A stretch of 64,000 bases of DNA from the human T2T-CHM13v2.0 reference genome, Homo sapiens: NCBI RefSeq assembly GCF_009914755.1, contig NC_060948.1; one strand, 5' to 3'. How positions within the stretch are numbered: the stretch's first letter is position 1; each line of letters begins with the position of its first letter. Below are positions 1 through 11,524 of this stretch, piece after piece. The notes below the pieces were generated by a model that made no database searches, was not told the origin of the DNA, and saw only the letters and a list, made by a program, of their open reading frames with translations. The translations under genes were made by a program, and so were the position numbers.

Positions 1-81
1 TCTGACATTTTTATGTAAAGAGCATGAAATCGTGCTATGTATAAATTTTCAACATCTAAAAGTGAATCAACATTTTCAATC

Positions 82-376
82 CTTGAATCCCAGCATTTTT
101 GGGAGGCTGAGGTGCATGGGTCATGAGGTCAGGAGATCGAGACCATCCTGGCGAACACGGTAAAACCCAGTTCCTACTAAAAAGTTAAAAAATGAGCCAG
201 GCATGGTAGTGGGCCCCTATAGTCCCAGTTACTCCAAAGGTTGAGGCCAGAGAATGGGAGGAACCCAGGAGGCGGGCTTGCAATGAGCTGAGATCCCACC
301 AATGCACTCCAGTCTGGGCAACAGAGTGAGACTCTGTCTAAAAAATAAATAAATAAATAAAATAAGAAAAAAAGAA
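82..376 (+). mobile_element. Alu (AluY/Sc-like), 5'-truncated, with TSD; absent from copy B
   Basis: Alu body (gagatcgagaccatcctggcgaacacgg) and A-rich tail. TSD aacattttcaatc (69-81) / aatattttcaatc (377-389). Copy B at about 18775 has the empty site. Confidence 0.92.
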
Positions 377-1272
377 AATATTTTCAATCAGTGCCAAGGG
401 CTTCTTGAAGTTCCAATCAAGTGTTACAATAAATATTTGTAGATAATGGTCGATACTTATGCATACTTATTTTAAAGATATATTTAGGTGGGAATAGTTG
501 TGGATGTATTAAGAGTAATGAAATAGAATGTTAGCTTCATTTACTTGTGTTTTTACCATATAATAAATCCTATCATTTTTTTTTTTTTGTCCTCAGTATG
601 GTGTCACATTTGAATAATGTGCATAACAAAGATTTCACATTGTTATAAAATCAAGTCTGTGAATGCTACTTGTTTTATTTCTGGCAAAAATCTCTTCAGC
701 AATTTAAGAAAATATTATAATTCACTGGTGCAGTATTGGGCATAAAATTGCCACTAGCACTTTGTAGTTATCTGTATAAAGTTAAAAGTTTTCTGACCAG
801 TTTTGTAGCAAATTAAATCCATCTACCTGTAAGATTAACAAGGCTGAAACTTGGGCAAAGTACAAAACAAGGGCCCCTGTGCAGTTGCTTATTTTTCAAA
901 TGGATGGTACAAAAGTTGATGGAAAGATTTACTCAGGAATATAAAGAAACCTAGTTCTAACAGTTACTCTCTAGAGTAGCAGAGCTAAATATGTTACTCA
1001 GGATTTTATTTAACCTGTTAAATTATTAAGGGAAAGACCACAGTTATGATAGAAAAAAATCAAAAATTTTGTTTCAGGTTTATTTGGTATCTTCATAATG
1101 TTCTCAGTTTCTTCCCTGGGGAGTTTCTGCCTTAGCTTACAGGTTTTATAGTCAGTAATTCTTAATGAATCAATAAATTCTTTAATGCAAATTTCTAATA
1201 GTTTCTCTTGGCTGACTAAAGGAACCATTCAGGGTTTGTGTATGGAACACGCTGTGTTGGGAAACCAGGTAC

Positions 1273-1339
1273 ATTTTGACTTTGTCACTAGATTGAAGCA
1301 TGCCTGCAGGGAGAATTCTTGGACCATCCTTCTTGAGCA
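1273..1339 (-). pseudogene. OFD1: OFD1 pseudogene exon 22 (copy A)
   Basis: Minus strand reads ag|tgctcaagaaggatggtccaagaa...aatctagtgacaaagtcaaaat|gt, resembling OFD1 [22 protein letters not shown]. AG and GT are intact, with a 1-nt frameshift. Confidence 0.85.
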
Positions 1340-1875
1340 CTGATTACATGGGGGAAAGGGAATGATTTTGAAATTAGGTATGCATTAATTTTATAAAATA
1401 CATTGCCCTAAGAACCATTATTGGAACATATATGTAATTTAAAAGCCTAAAAACTGTGGTGACTTCTAAAAATAAAATTTAGCAAGTACATCAAAATAAA
1501 CCATCAGGTATGCTTTTAACACCAGGATACTTCAGACTTACATAAAATATTAATGTCAGTACTCATGTACTTGTTATATGATGATAAGTCTTTTCTTTCT
1601 TACTCCTAAAATAGTAAGTCATCTCAACCTTTACAAACTTTGACAAATCAAAATCTCTTAAATATTTTATCTTAAGCAAAAAACTATAAATTTTTCTCAA
1701 AAGAGTGAAACATTTGAAAGACGCAAGGATCCATATAAACTTTGGATTTTTAATGCCTTTTTACCTTCTTGTCTTCAATGGGGAAGAAAGATACCCATTG
1801 CAAGCAGTTAAAATAAACCACAGAAGCCCTGGATGTCTTCCACCCACAGATTCCCCTGTCCATGGGCATTGGCAA

Positions 1876-2042
1876 CTTATCTGTTGACTCCTGGTCTTGC
1901 TTCCACTGAATGATTTTTATGTATTTCTCTAAGGAATTTTCACAGTGAGCACATTTGTCTTTGGTTTCTTCATTACTCATTCTTAATTCATTTTTTAAAT
2001 CTAATTCATTTTTTCAGTGTTCACTTATTCCTGAATCATCCT
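1876..2042 (-). pseudogene. OFD1: OFD1 pseudogene exon 21 (copy A)
   Basis: ORF 1750-1980 [35 protein letters not shown] matches OFD1 [35 protein letters not shown]. The acceptor AG is at 2043-44, the donor is mutated to TT, and stops lie upstream. Confidence 0.92.
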
Positions 2043-2519
2043 CTTTAAAACACATGGGCACCAAAGCAGGAAATACACAAATACATTTGTAAAATATTTT
2101 AAGTGTTTAAAAAGGCCGTAATATAATCGCAATTTTTAAATTACAGCATGTATGTCAGTGAACTGATTTTTAAAATTGAAGTCATTGCTATCATCAACAG
2201 AAGGCAAATAGGTCATCTCAATGAAGGAAGCGATTAATTTCCTTCAAGTGGCCTGTGCTTTAGATTTGAATTAACCAGGAGTCTTGGGAACATCATATGT
2301 TGGTGTAATTCAAGCAAGACTTAGAATGTGTGTTAACTGGACAGAGAAATGTATCTGCTAAGCCAGAATCAGAACACAGAAGGGAAGCAGAGGTGCAGAG
2401 GAAGGAGGGAGGCGGTGTATGTCCCTGTAAGCAACCTTGGAATGGAAGCCACCTCCACCCTTGGTTTCTTCTACTGCCTGCTATCTGACGTTGACAACCT
2501 CTTGTTTAAGCTCCGTTTT

Positions 2520-2588
2520 TTGTTTAATTGGCTTTTGTTTATGTTTTTTGTTTTTTGTTTTGTTTTGTTTTGTTTTGAAACGGAGTCC
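2520..2588 (-). mobile_element. Alu 3' stub: (TTTTG)n tail plus about 12 nt of Alu end, at a deletion junction
   Basis: gttttgttttgttttgaaacggagtc is the reverse complement of an Alu terminus. The sequence then jumps to the homologue of 23072. Confidence 0.7.
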
Positions 2589-4082
2589 TGCAAGTGGACG
2601 GCGGCCCCTCCTAGGGTTTTAGCAATTACTCGGATGTGGACCCTTTCCATAACTTTTATTCTACTCCTGATCTCTATACATAGCCTCACATCCACATTTC
2701 TGATAGTTTCCCTCCAAACACATGCAGAAACTCCACAGCACCAGCTTCATCACAGGAGTGATTATCCCAGTTCTTCGCTCACGCTCTATCTTCCATCCAC
2801 CCAGTAACCAGCGCTGGCACATTCCCACTCCCTGTCCTGTGGCTGCAAGAGGGGTCTTCCTCATCATCTGCCTGGAATACTGAAACAGCCCTGTCAAGGC
2901 TCTCTGTGAATTCAGTCTCTGCCTGCCAGATACCTGTGGTCATCTGCACTAGGCATTCCCTGAAGGGAAGATATGTATCTCATGTGCAGTGTCTCCGTTC
3001 TGGCAGAGTCCAATGCCTTGGTATTCTGGGCTCTGATAATCTGCCTTTTTCTTTCCAGATTGATTTCCCACAACACCACCAACGTTGTACTAGAAATGTT
3101 TCATCTGTACCAACCTGCTTGCTGGGGCTGGGCTATGGCTGTATCTTCCTTGCTTGGCATTTGCCTTCACTGTCTCCTCAACCTGTGGCACTCTCATTCT
3201 GTCATAAAGCCTGATATGCTGTTGGAGACCCAAATGAAATTTCATCTCCTCCTTATTTCTGAATTGAAAAGTAACCACTCCAGCACCTTACTTGCACAAT
3301 ATCTTGTACCTGCTTCTTGAAAATATACACATATTTGTTTCTCCTACTTCTATTTTTTCCAGGGAAGGCCCATATTTTAACAAATTGTCTTTTCCCTCTG
3401 CATCTTGGCATGGGTCCCTACATCTCAAATATTTAAATAGACCTCATTCTCAGAGACAACTATGCTGACCTTTCTCTTCTGGTTCTAGCCATAACCTATT
3501 TTTTTTTTTTTTGGTAAGTTAGCAATGCAAATAAGCAGAAAAATATATAGGTTCACCATAGGACTCTGAACTTTTTGCTCACCTTGTTCTAAAGTCATCA
3601 ACAGGGACTGAGTTAGTTTCAAAAATAGGAGAAAAGCAACACAGTTTTTTCTCTATCTACTCTATCTACACCTGCCATCTCTTCTCAATCCTTCTCATAA
3701 AATTAAAATAACTGAAGAGACAGTTGATCATTTCCACAGGCAGAAATGTAACATCCTCTGTGCTAGAAGAACAAGAAGAAAAAAGTTACTCATAAATGAG
3801 GTTTCTTTCTTATATGGAATAGTAATTTCAAGATAGCAATGTTATTTAAGCACCTCTTTGTTAAGAAAGAAAGAGGAAGAAAAACTACTTCTTTGCTCTG
3901 GTGTATATTTTGTAACTACACAGTGGAATACTGAAGGATCTTTGGACACAACGGAAAGAAATGAAGTACGTCCATTGGGCACCTTATATCAGAAACAGTA
4001 AATTTCAGACTTTTCAATTTCCTTTGAGCCCAGATGAACAAGTGAAATGAGGAATATGCTACTCACTATGCTGTTTAATAAA

Positions 4083-4389
4083 TTATTTTTATTATTCTTA
4101 TTTTTTTTTAGATGGACTCTCACCAACTTGCCCAGGCTGGAGTACAGTTGAGTGGTCAGCTCAATGCAACCTCTGCCTCCTGGGTTCAAGTGATGCTTCT
4201 GCTTCAGCCTCCCAAGTAGCTGGCACTACAGGTGCATGCCACCACGCTTGGCTAATTTTTGTTTTTTTTTAGTGGAGATCTGGTTTCAACCATGTTAACC
4301 AGGATGGTCTTGATCTCCTGCCCTCATGATCCACTTGCCTCAGCATCCCAAAGTGCTGGGGTTACAGACGTGAGCCAACGAGCCCAGTC
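4083..4389 (-). mobile_element. Alu (AluS-like), specific to copy A
   Basis: Full reverse-complement Alu. Copy B has the empty site at about 24597 (cttaataattttaaagctag). Confidence 0.92.
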
Positions 4390-5012
4390 AATAATTTTTA
4401 AAGCCAATATTATAATCGACATTCCATCTCAGAGGCAGAACACCAAGTTATTCAGTTGAATTCCCTCATCTTATTGTGTTCTTTTTACTCCCTTTCCCAG
4501 GTCTGTGACAAATGGCTGCCTGTCAGAAACTCCCTCTTGTGGCCATGGCCCCTACTCACCTGCTTCAGCCCACCCCTGCTGCAGTACTGAGTAATAGCTT
4601 ACTGATCATCTGCCTCAGTGGCTAGAAATTCAGGATGAAACGAGTTTGGTTTGATTCACTGTCATATGATCAGCCCCAAGGAAACTGCCCAGCAGAGACA
4701 GGCTCTAGATGAGGACTTACAGAGTGCTTTCCAGAGCACATTTACTCTTGAATCAGCAAAATCAAACTTCTCAAAACCCCTTGCCTCTTTAAGTAATTCT
4801 GTATGTTTCTGAAAGCCATGACTTTAACCAGAAAACTGCTAACCAGATGTTTGGAAATGTTTGTAAGATGATGTATTTCCAACATTTGGGAGGGATGAAG
4901 AGGTGGCCTTACTTGTGAAAACAGCTTTCATATTTGAAGAGTAACACTATGGTGCCAGAAGAAAAGGGCCTGGCTGTTTGCTCATCCCTAGAATAAAGGA
5001 CAAATCTCCTAC

Positions 5013-5599
5013 TGTTGTGGGAATTAAGGAACAGGAGAGACCAATGAGTGGAACAGGAGGATTTTATTGGATGTAGCTTGACTTAGTGGAATAGCATTTA
5101 AAGGCTGAGCCCTGAACAAAGACAGGGCTTGACTTTTAACACAAGCACCCAAAGAGGGTTGGCCAGCTAGTGGCATGAAATCTGCAGGATGGGCAAGCAA
5201 GCTTATAGAAGCAGAACAAAGACACTTTTTTAAAGAAAGTGACAGGTGTTGTAACTCACGCATGTCTCATGACCTTTGCAATAATACTTGGATAGAAAAA
5301 CAACAGCAACTTTCAAAATGTTTGTAAACCTCCAGAAGTGGTTATAAAAATAGCTGTGAGAGCAGCACAAAGAATATTGGTGTGGCATGAGAGTTCTAAA
5401 GAGGGGAAATTGATAAGAAGAACTTGTTTTTCTCATTCCTGCTTCTCAAATCCATTCTTTCCAGGCCCTAGCTCTGCTAATAGTGCTATTAGAGCCCCAA
5501 CAGGTTCTGGCTTATCACTGGGTGTTGGAGTGAGTCACCTCAGTACAGAGAAAATTTTTTGTGTGTGTGTGGTGTTGTTTTTTAGCATTCCCCAATTCA
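5013..5599 (-). repeat. 3' LTR of provirus 1
   Basis: TG...CA ends. Minus-strand AATAAA (tttatt 5063-68). The polypurine tract caaaggtggaaa abuts 5599. The LTR interrupts copy A exactly where homology to 25222 stops. Confidence 0.85.
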
Positions 5600-5679
5600 T
5601 TTCCACCTTTGATGCTTTTCTTAAATGAGGTTTAATAGAGAATATAATCACCATTTAATTCTTCAAGGTGGGGCAGTTC

Positions 5680-7725
5680 CCTATTTGTCAGTGGTTGGTA
5701 TTTAGTTAGAGCCATTAGTTGAGCGGTCGTGCATGGCCTCCATGGCTGCTTGAATGTTTCTAACAAGGAAGGTCAGAGACAAGAGAGAGCAAGGGAGAAT
5801 CCTAGTATGGCTAGAACTATTTTTGCTAAGGTCTTAAATTCTTCAAGGGATGAAAACGAGACCCTGAATAGGAAAACTGGAGACTATCCTTTCCAGGTCT
5901 GGGCTGTAACATGGGCCAGTTTTGGGATTTTGGCAGTTATATTCTTGATGACCTTTAATTTGATATTAATTTCTAAGCAGCAATTTTTTAGACTGAACTT
6001 TCCACATGCCCCTCCTTCCTGGACTAGGAGGTAGTTTAAGGCCAGTCGATTTTGATGAGTAGCATTCTTCATTTTTGTGGCTTGTTGGGCCAGCAGATTT
6101 AGGGCATTTGCAGTATTATTAATAATAATTTTCAGCACCACCTGTAACCTTATGAGGTGGTAGAGCATGAAAATAGGGATGCACTATCACCACATTCCAT
6201 TTTCTGCCTGGGTGGCTGGGCCATGGTATTCGATTTTTTTTTTTTGTAGGGGACCATTTATTGTTTTACCGATTTCTTATGGTTATGTCTTTTGAATTTT
6301 TGTTTGTTTTGTATTTGTTTTATCATAGACTGGGTATCCTAAAGATTCTCCCTGTTCCAAGGGGATTAGAAAGAAGACAGCCTAATTGTTCCTGGTACCC
6401 AGGCCCCTGACCATTTAGCCAGCAACGGCCAATATGCCTATGGCCCACAGATACTATAGAGGCCAGTGGGCACCTGCCAGGTATTGGGAGCTTTAAGTTG
6501 GTACAAACAATGGTTTAGAGAAGGGAATCAGGAAAATGGGCTTGGTTGGGGTGGTTTGGAATTATTTTTACTCCAACAGACAGTGTTTCTTAGTGTTTTA
6601 GTGTAATATTGTTCTAGGCAAGTTGACTTTCCTGCTGGGTCTGTAAATGTGTTTCTCCGACGAGCAATGCAGAATTTTCTGATAATGGAGGTCTTTAAGA
6701 ACCAGATGCTCTTGCTTGTGAACACAGGTTCGGGGGAAGAGACAGTACGAGTGAAGTTATTTTGGGGCATTAGCTTTCTTGCCTCCCATGGCCATTGGTG
6801 CCCCGTCAAGCATAGCATGAGGAGTTATGTAGGCTGCCGGCTATGTTTTCAGCCAATTAAGCAAACGGGATTGTGGTTAAGGGAGAGGGCTCAAATATTT
6901 TCTGGTTGATATTTTTAAGGAATGACTTATAAACTTGGAGTTTTTGGGTGGAATGTATCCAAGATTTCTTGATAATATATCAATAGACTTCTGAGTCTGT
7001 TTTCTGGCCACTACCTTGTATTTCCAGCAGAGTCTTTAAACCTGCATTCCATATGGGCAGATCCGGTTTAAGATGGTGAGATTTACAAGATTGCAACAGC
7101 TTGTCTTACAATTTTTTGTTCAGGTATTTTGGTAAGTATGACTGGCCCCGGCGATTGCAGGTTAGAGGACTGAATTATGCAGTTCCAGCAAGTTGTCTGA
7201 GAAATTGGCAAAGCAAGCAAGGGGTGCACATATATTTTTGTGACAACTATTACGGTGCTCTTCAGAATTGGAGATTATGGGAAAGGTTGTGCCCATCAAT
7301 GTTAACTGGCACATATTAAAAGATAAGGACATAACTCCCCTGTGGGAGGGTGAGGCCTTGGTTTGGTGTGGCAGGTTTCCTTCTTTTGACCCATAAACTT
7401 TAAAAGAGGTCCCAGGTAGGAATTTTGGGTTATAACATACATAACGCTGGCCGTTTCCTGGGTCACAGACTGAGTAAGTTGTCTGGTTGTGAGTACAAGT
7501 TCCTAGGTGGGTCCCTGTCTACTTTTGATAAATGTGGTATAACAGGGTTTTGGTTATGGTGCTCCCTGACTGAGTATTGTGAGTGTAGTGGGGGCACTCT
7601 TCTATGGTCTCCTTTTCTGACACAAATAAGGGGAGTATTACAGTTAGGAGGGAAAGAAGTGGGCTTAGTTATCCCTGTGCCTGGAGTAGGAACTAAGTAA
7701 AGAGTAACATGTTTATATCCAAGAG
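5680..7725 (-). pseudogene. env: ERV3-like env, disrupted
   Basis: Fragments [30 protein letters not shown]...PSPFS and [30 protein letters not shown] parallel ERV3-1 Env (SU, immunosuppressive domain, CX6CC-like motif). Multiple stops and frameshifts. Confidence 0.92.
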
Positions 7726-7849
7726 GAAAAGAAGAGGTTTTTACCCAGCGGAGGAGTTTGAAGAAAGTGACAGAACGATAGTAAAACAACGATTTGATTT
7801 AAGATTTTAATCATTATTTTATTATTATTTTACTCCAGCTTTGACCGTA

Positions 7850-10800
7850 CGTAGACTAGTCAACTTCCAGGATGACTAGAGCAGGGCTGTTGACTCCTCA
7901 GATTTTAGCTGAGCAGAGACTGGTCAGCTTTTGGAGTGACCAGAGCAGGGCTGTCATCATTTCTCATGGCAACTTGGTCCTGTCACAGGATTAACTGGCT
8001 CCAGTGATCTGGGTCATGTTGGCTGCCAGTTTTAACTGACTGTGGAGGATCCAGCGCACAGTTTCTGCAACTTTAACTGCCGTGGAAGTGGACAAGGTTA
8101 GAGTATAGGGCCCATCCCATGTGGGTCCTAAAGTGGTTGGATTTTATTTCTTATGTGCACAGAAGCCCCAGGTCTAAAGGAGTATGCTGGTTTTGCTAGG
8201 CTTATGGGCAGTTTTTCCCATACTCAGCCATGGACCACTTGCATGGCTGTCTTTAAGGCCTGCATTTGCCTTCTTAAAGTTAATTTCCCTAGTTCACAAA
8301 TGTCACCCCTAATTTGAGCTATGATTGGGGGTGGCCGGCAGAAGATTCCATAGGACAAATATCCAGTTTGTTTTGTGGGGGTATACCTGACTCAGAGGAG
8401 CACCATGGGCAGGACTTGATTCCATTCCAGATGGGTTTCTTGGCAATATTTTTTAGAAGCTGTTTGAGTGTCTAGTTCATGTATCCTACTTTTTCTGAGC
8501 TTTGTCACAGGTAGACTGTGTTTAGTTTCCATTTTATTTTTAACAGCCATGTTAGTCCCTGAATTATCTCAGCTGTAAATTCCAGCCCATTTTCTGACCT
8601 CAGAGTTAGAGGCAGTCTAAATCTGGGGATAATATCTCTTAACCGTACTTCAGTTACTTCTCCTGATTTCTCTGTTGGGGTGTGGAAAGCCTCAAACCAT
8701 CCCAAAAAGGTACAGACAAGCCCCAGTAGGTACTGATAGTCCCCTGATTGGGGCAGTTTGGTGAAGTTTATAAGAAGTTTTTCACAGGGTGTGGCTCCCG
8801 TTTCCTGAATTCCCAGGGGCCTAGTGGGCCCTTGTCATAGCTTGTTCTGGGCACAAGTTAGACATTGTTTGCAGATGGATCAAGTGATGGCAGGCAGCCG
8901 CAGCACATAAACATGGTGTCCTAATAGTGTTTTCAGTGACGTTTTACCCATATGGGTTCCTTGATAGAATTGTCTTACAAATTTTAGAGCCACTGTTTCA
9001 TGGTTGGCTAGCCTCCTGTTGGAGAATTTTCACCATAACATTTTATATATTTTCCAGACTCTTGGGCAAAGCAGGGCTTCTCATTTGGAGGTAACTTGAA
9101 ACCTCCGAGAGGAGAGGCTTTGGAAGTAGAGGCATAGCTATGGCTTTCTTCTTAAACTGAAGGGTAGTCATTGCTGCCCCTCTTGCCTCTCTGTCTATCT
9201 TTTTGTTCTTTTTGGCCTCCAGTGTTCCTGCCTTTTGGTGCCCCCTGCAGTGCATAACAGCCATCTTCTTCGAAGCACATACAGCATCTAAGAGTTGCAG
9301 AATTTTTTCTTTGTACTTTATTTTTTTGCCTACAGCCATTAAGAGTCCTTTTTCTTTATATATAGCCCCATTGTCATGCAACGTGGCAAACGTATATTTG
9401 GAATCTGTATAAACATTGACCATTTCGCCTTTTGCTAGCAAAATGGTCTCCTTAGGGCTATTAGCTCTGCCTTTTGGGCTGACATTCTGGTGGGCAGTGG
9501 CTGAGCTTCTACCACTGAGTCTAATATCATCACAGCATACCCAGCTTGCTGGACACCTTTCAGTGTAAAGCTGCTTCTATATGTATAGCATTTAACATCT
9601 GGGTTCCAAAGGGGTTGTTCTGTAAGGTATCTCTGGATTCAGAGTACCGTGTCTACTGTTTCCATAGAGTCATGAAAGGGGACTCCAGGTTCAATCGGGA
9701 GCAGGAGATAGCCAGCTTAAGGGTGTTTATTATTTTGAAAGTTATGTGGGAATTTTTGCATAAGAGCACCTGGTACCGAGTCATTCTCGGACTTGATAAC
9801 TAATGGTGCCCTGTCTAATCCATTAAAGTTAGAACTGAATGCGGTACCTGGATGGTCAGTTGTTGTCTTAGAGTCAGTTTTTTAGCTTCTTGTTCCAATA
9901 AGGAGGTGGCAGTTAGTGCCCTAAGCCAAGGAGGCTACCCTAGGGCCACAGAGTTCAATTGTGTCGATAAGTACACCCCTGGGTGATGTCATGATTTCAT
10001 GACTTGACTCAGGACCCCTATAGCCAATCCCTTTTGTTCATGAAGAGAGGCTTGATTATATTTGGCAGTCCTATGGCTAGGGCCTTAGTTAAGGCTTGTT
10101 TGGGTTGTTTAAACACCTTCTTCTCCTGGACAACCTCCAAAAGGAGGGGTTCCCTTTCCCCCCTCTTTGTGCCCTTATGTAAGGGCTTGGCCATTAGTAA
10201 CAAATCTGGGATCCATATACAGCAGAACCATGCTTTCCCCAAGAATTTTCTTATTTGGCACTGGGTGGCCTGAGTTGGGAGTGCATAAACACGTTGCTTT
10301 TGCTCACTGTTAAGCCAGTGTTCCCCTTGGCTTACTATGAATCCCAGATTTTTTATGCTTTCTTGGCAAAATTGGGCCTTCTTTCTGAATACCTTATAAC
10401 CAGTTTTCTATAAACATGGTGGAGAAAGACTTGGGTTCCTTGGTAGCAGTCCCCTGGCGTTGGGTCTGCCAGGAGAAGGTTGTTAACATATTGTAGCAAG
10501 GCACAGTTGTCATTTGGTGGGGTGTGGGCCTTAAGGTCTGATTCCAGTGTGTTTCCAAAGACTGTGGGAGTCTAGCCCATGTGAGCTCCTCCCCCATGCC
10601 TGTGACTGAATCGTGCCATTGAAATGCCAAGATGGGCTGACTAACTGGTGCCAGGTGAAGACAGAAAAAAATATTCTTTAAGTCCAGGCTAGTAAATTAG
10701 GCAGCACTTGCCAGAATGAGTCCTATTAGTGTGTATGGGTTTGGTACCACCAGGTGGATGGTTACAGTAGCCTGGTTCACATCATGTAAGTTTTGCACTG

Positions 10801-11520
10801 GCTTATATTTACCAGACCCTGGATTTTGTATCGGTAGGAGTAGAGTGTTCCAGGTTGACTGGCGCCAGACGAAGTTTCTGTGTTTGAAAAGTCACTTTAA
10901 ATGTTTGTGAATGCCCTGTGTGTCTTCTCAGGGAAATGGGTATTGGAGAACCTCAACTGTGGTTGCTCCCGGTTTTAGCTTTACTATTACTGGTGCCTGA
11001 TTTAGAGCCAGCCCCAGTGGGTTATTCTTAGCCCATAGTCCAAAAATTTTACCAGGTAGCATAAATAACTTCTCCAGCCCAGGCTTTTGAGACAATTCCG
11101 GTGACTGTTATGTGTATATTCTTTATTCCTCAGCCTGTGTAATGATGAGGGTTAACACCATGACCTTTGGGTGAGTTAGGTTTAAAGTTATATCCTAGTG
11201 TGTCCCAAAAGCAATCTGTGCCTGCAGTTTCTGGAGCAGGTCCCTTCCAAGTAAGGGAACTCGGCAATTTGGGAGGTATAGGATTTCATGTTGGACTTCT
11301 TGTCCCCCTATGACACAACTCCTTGGCCAGAAAAATGGCCTCTTTTCTGGGACCTCTGTAGCCCCAATAATAGTTGCATCGTGTTTAGATAGTGGCTCTA
11401 TGGGCTGTATCACTTCTGAGTGATTAGTGCTAGTGTTCACCATAAAGTCCATCTGTTGATCCCCTACTTCTGCTGTGATCACGGGCTCCTGGGGGCCTTG
11501 GGAGATGCAGCCCAGTCTTG
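7850..11520 (-). pseudogene. pol: pro-pol (PR, RT, RNase H, IN), disrupted
   Basis: PR FMVNTST...LLGRDLL; RT WARLPQ and LLQYVNNLL; RNase H VNVYTDSKY...HCRGHQ; IN IIPRFRLPLTLRSENG. Confidence 0.92.
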
Positions 11521-11524
11521 CATT

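Larger units (their letters stand above)
1..5012. repeat. Segmental duplication copy A of the GPM6B 3' end / OFD1 3' region (paralog of about 18700-25222)
   Basis: Collinear matches by eye. 421 gtgttacaataaatatttgtagataat matches 18818 gtgttacaataaataattgtagataat, the 1430-1600 block matches 21270-21440, and 4740-5012 matches 24950-25222. ORFs 2973-3320 and 23484-23882 are paralogous translations. Confidence 0.93.

Noticed and set aside
2973-3320. Apparent small protein family (ORFs 2973-3320, 23484-23882, 26042-26227)
   Set aside because: The similarity is explained by the segmental duplication and the 83-bp inverted insert of intronic DNA. There is no recognisable domain.
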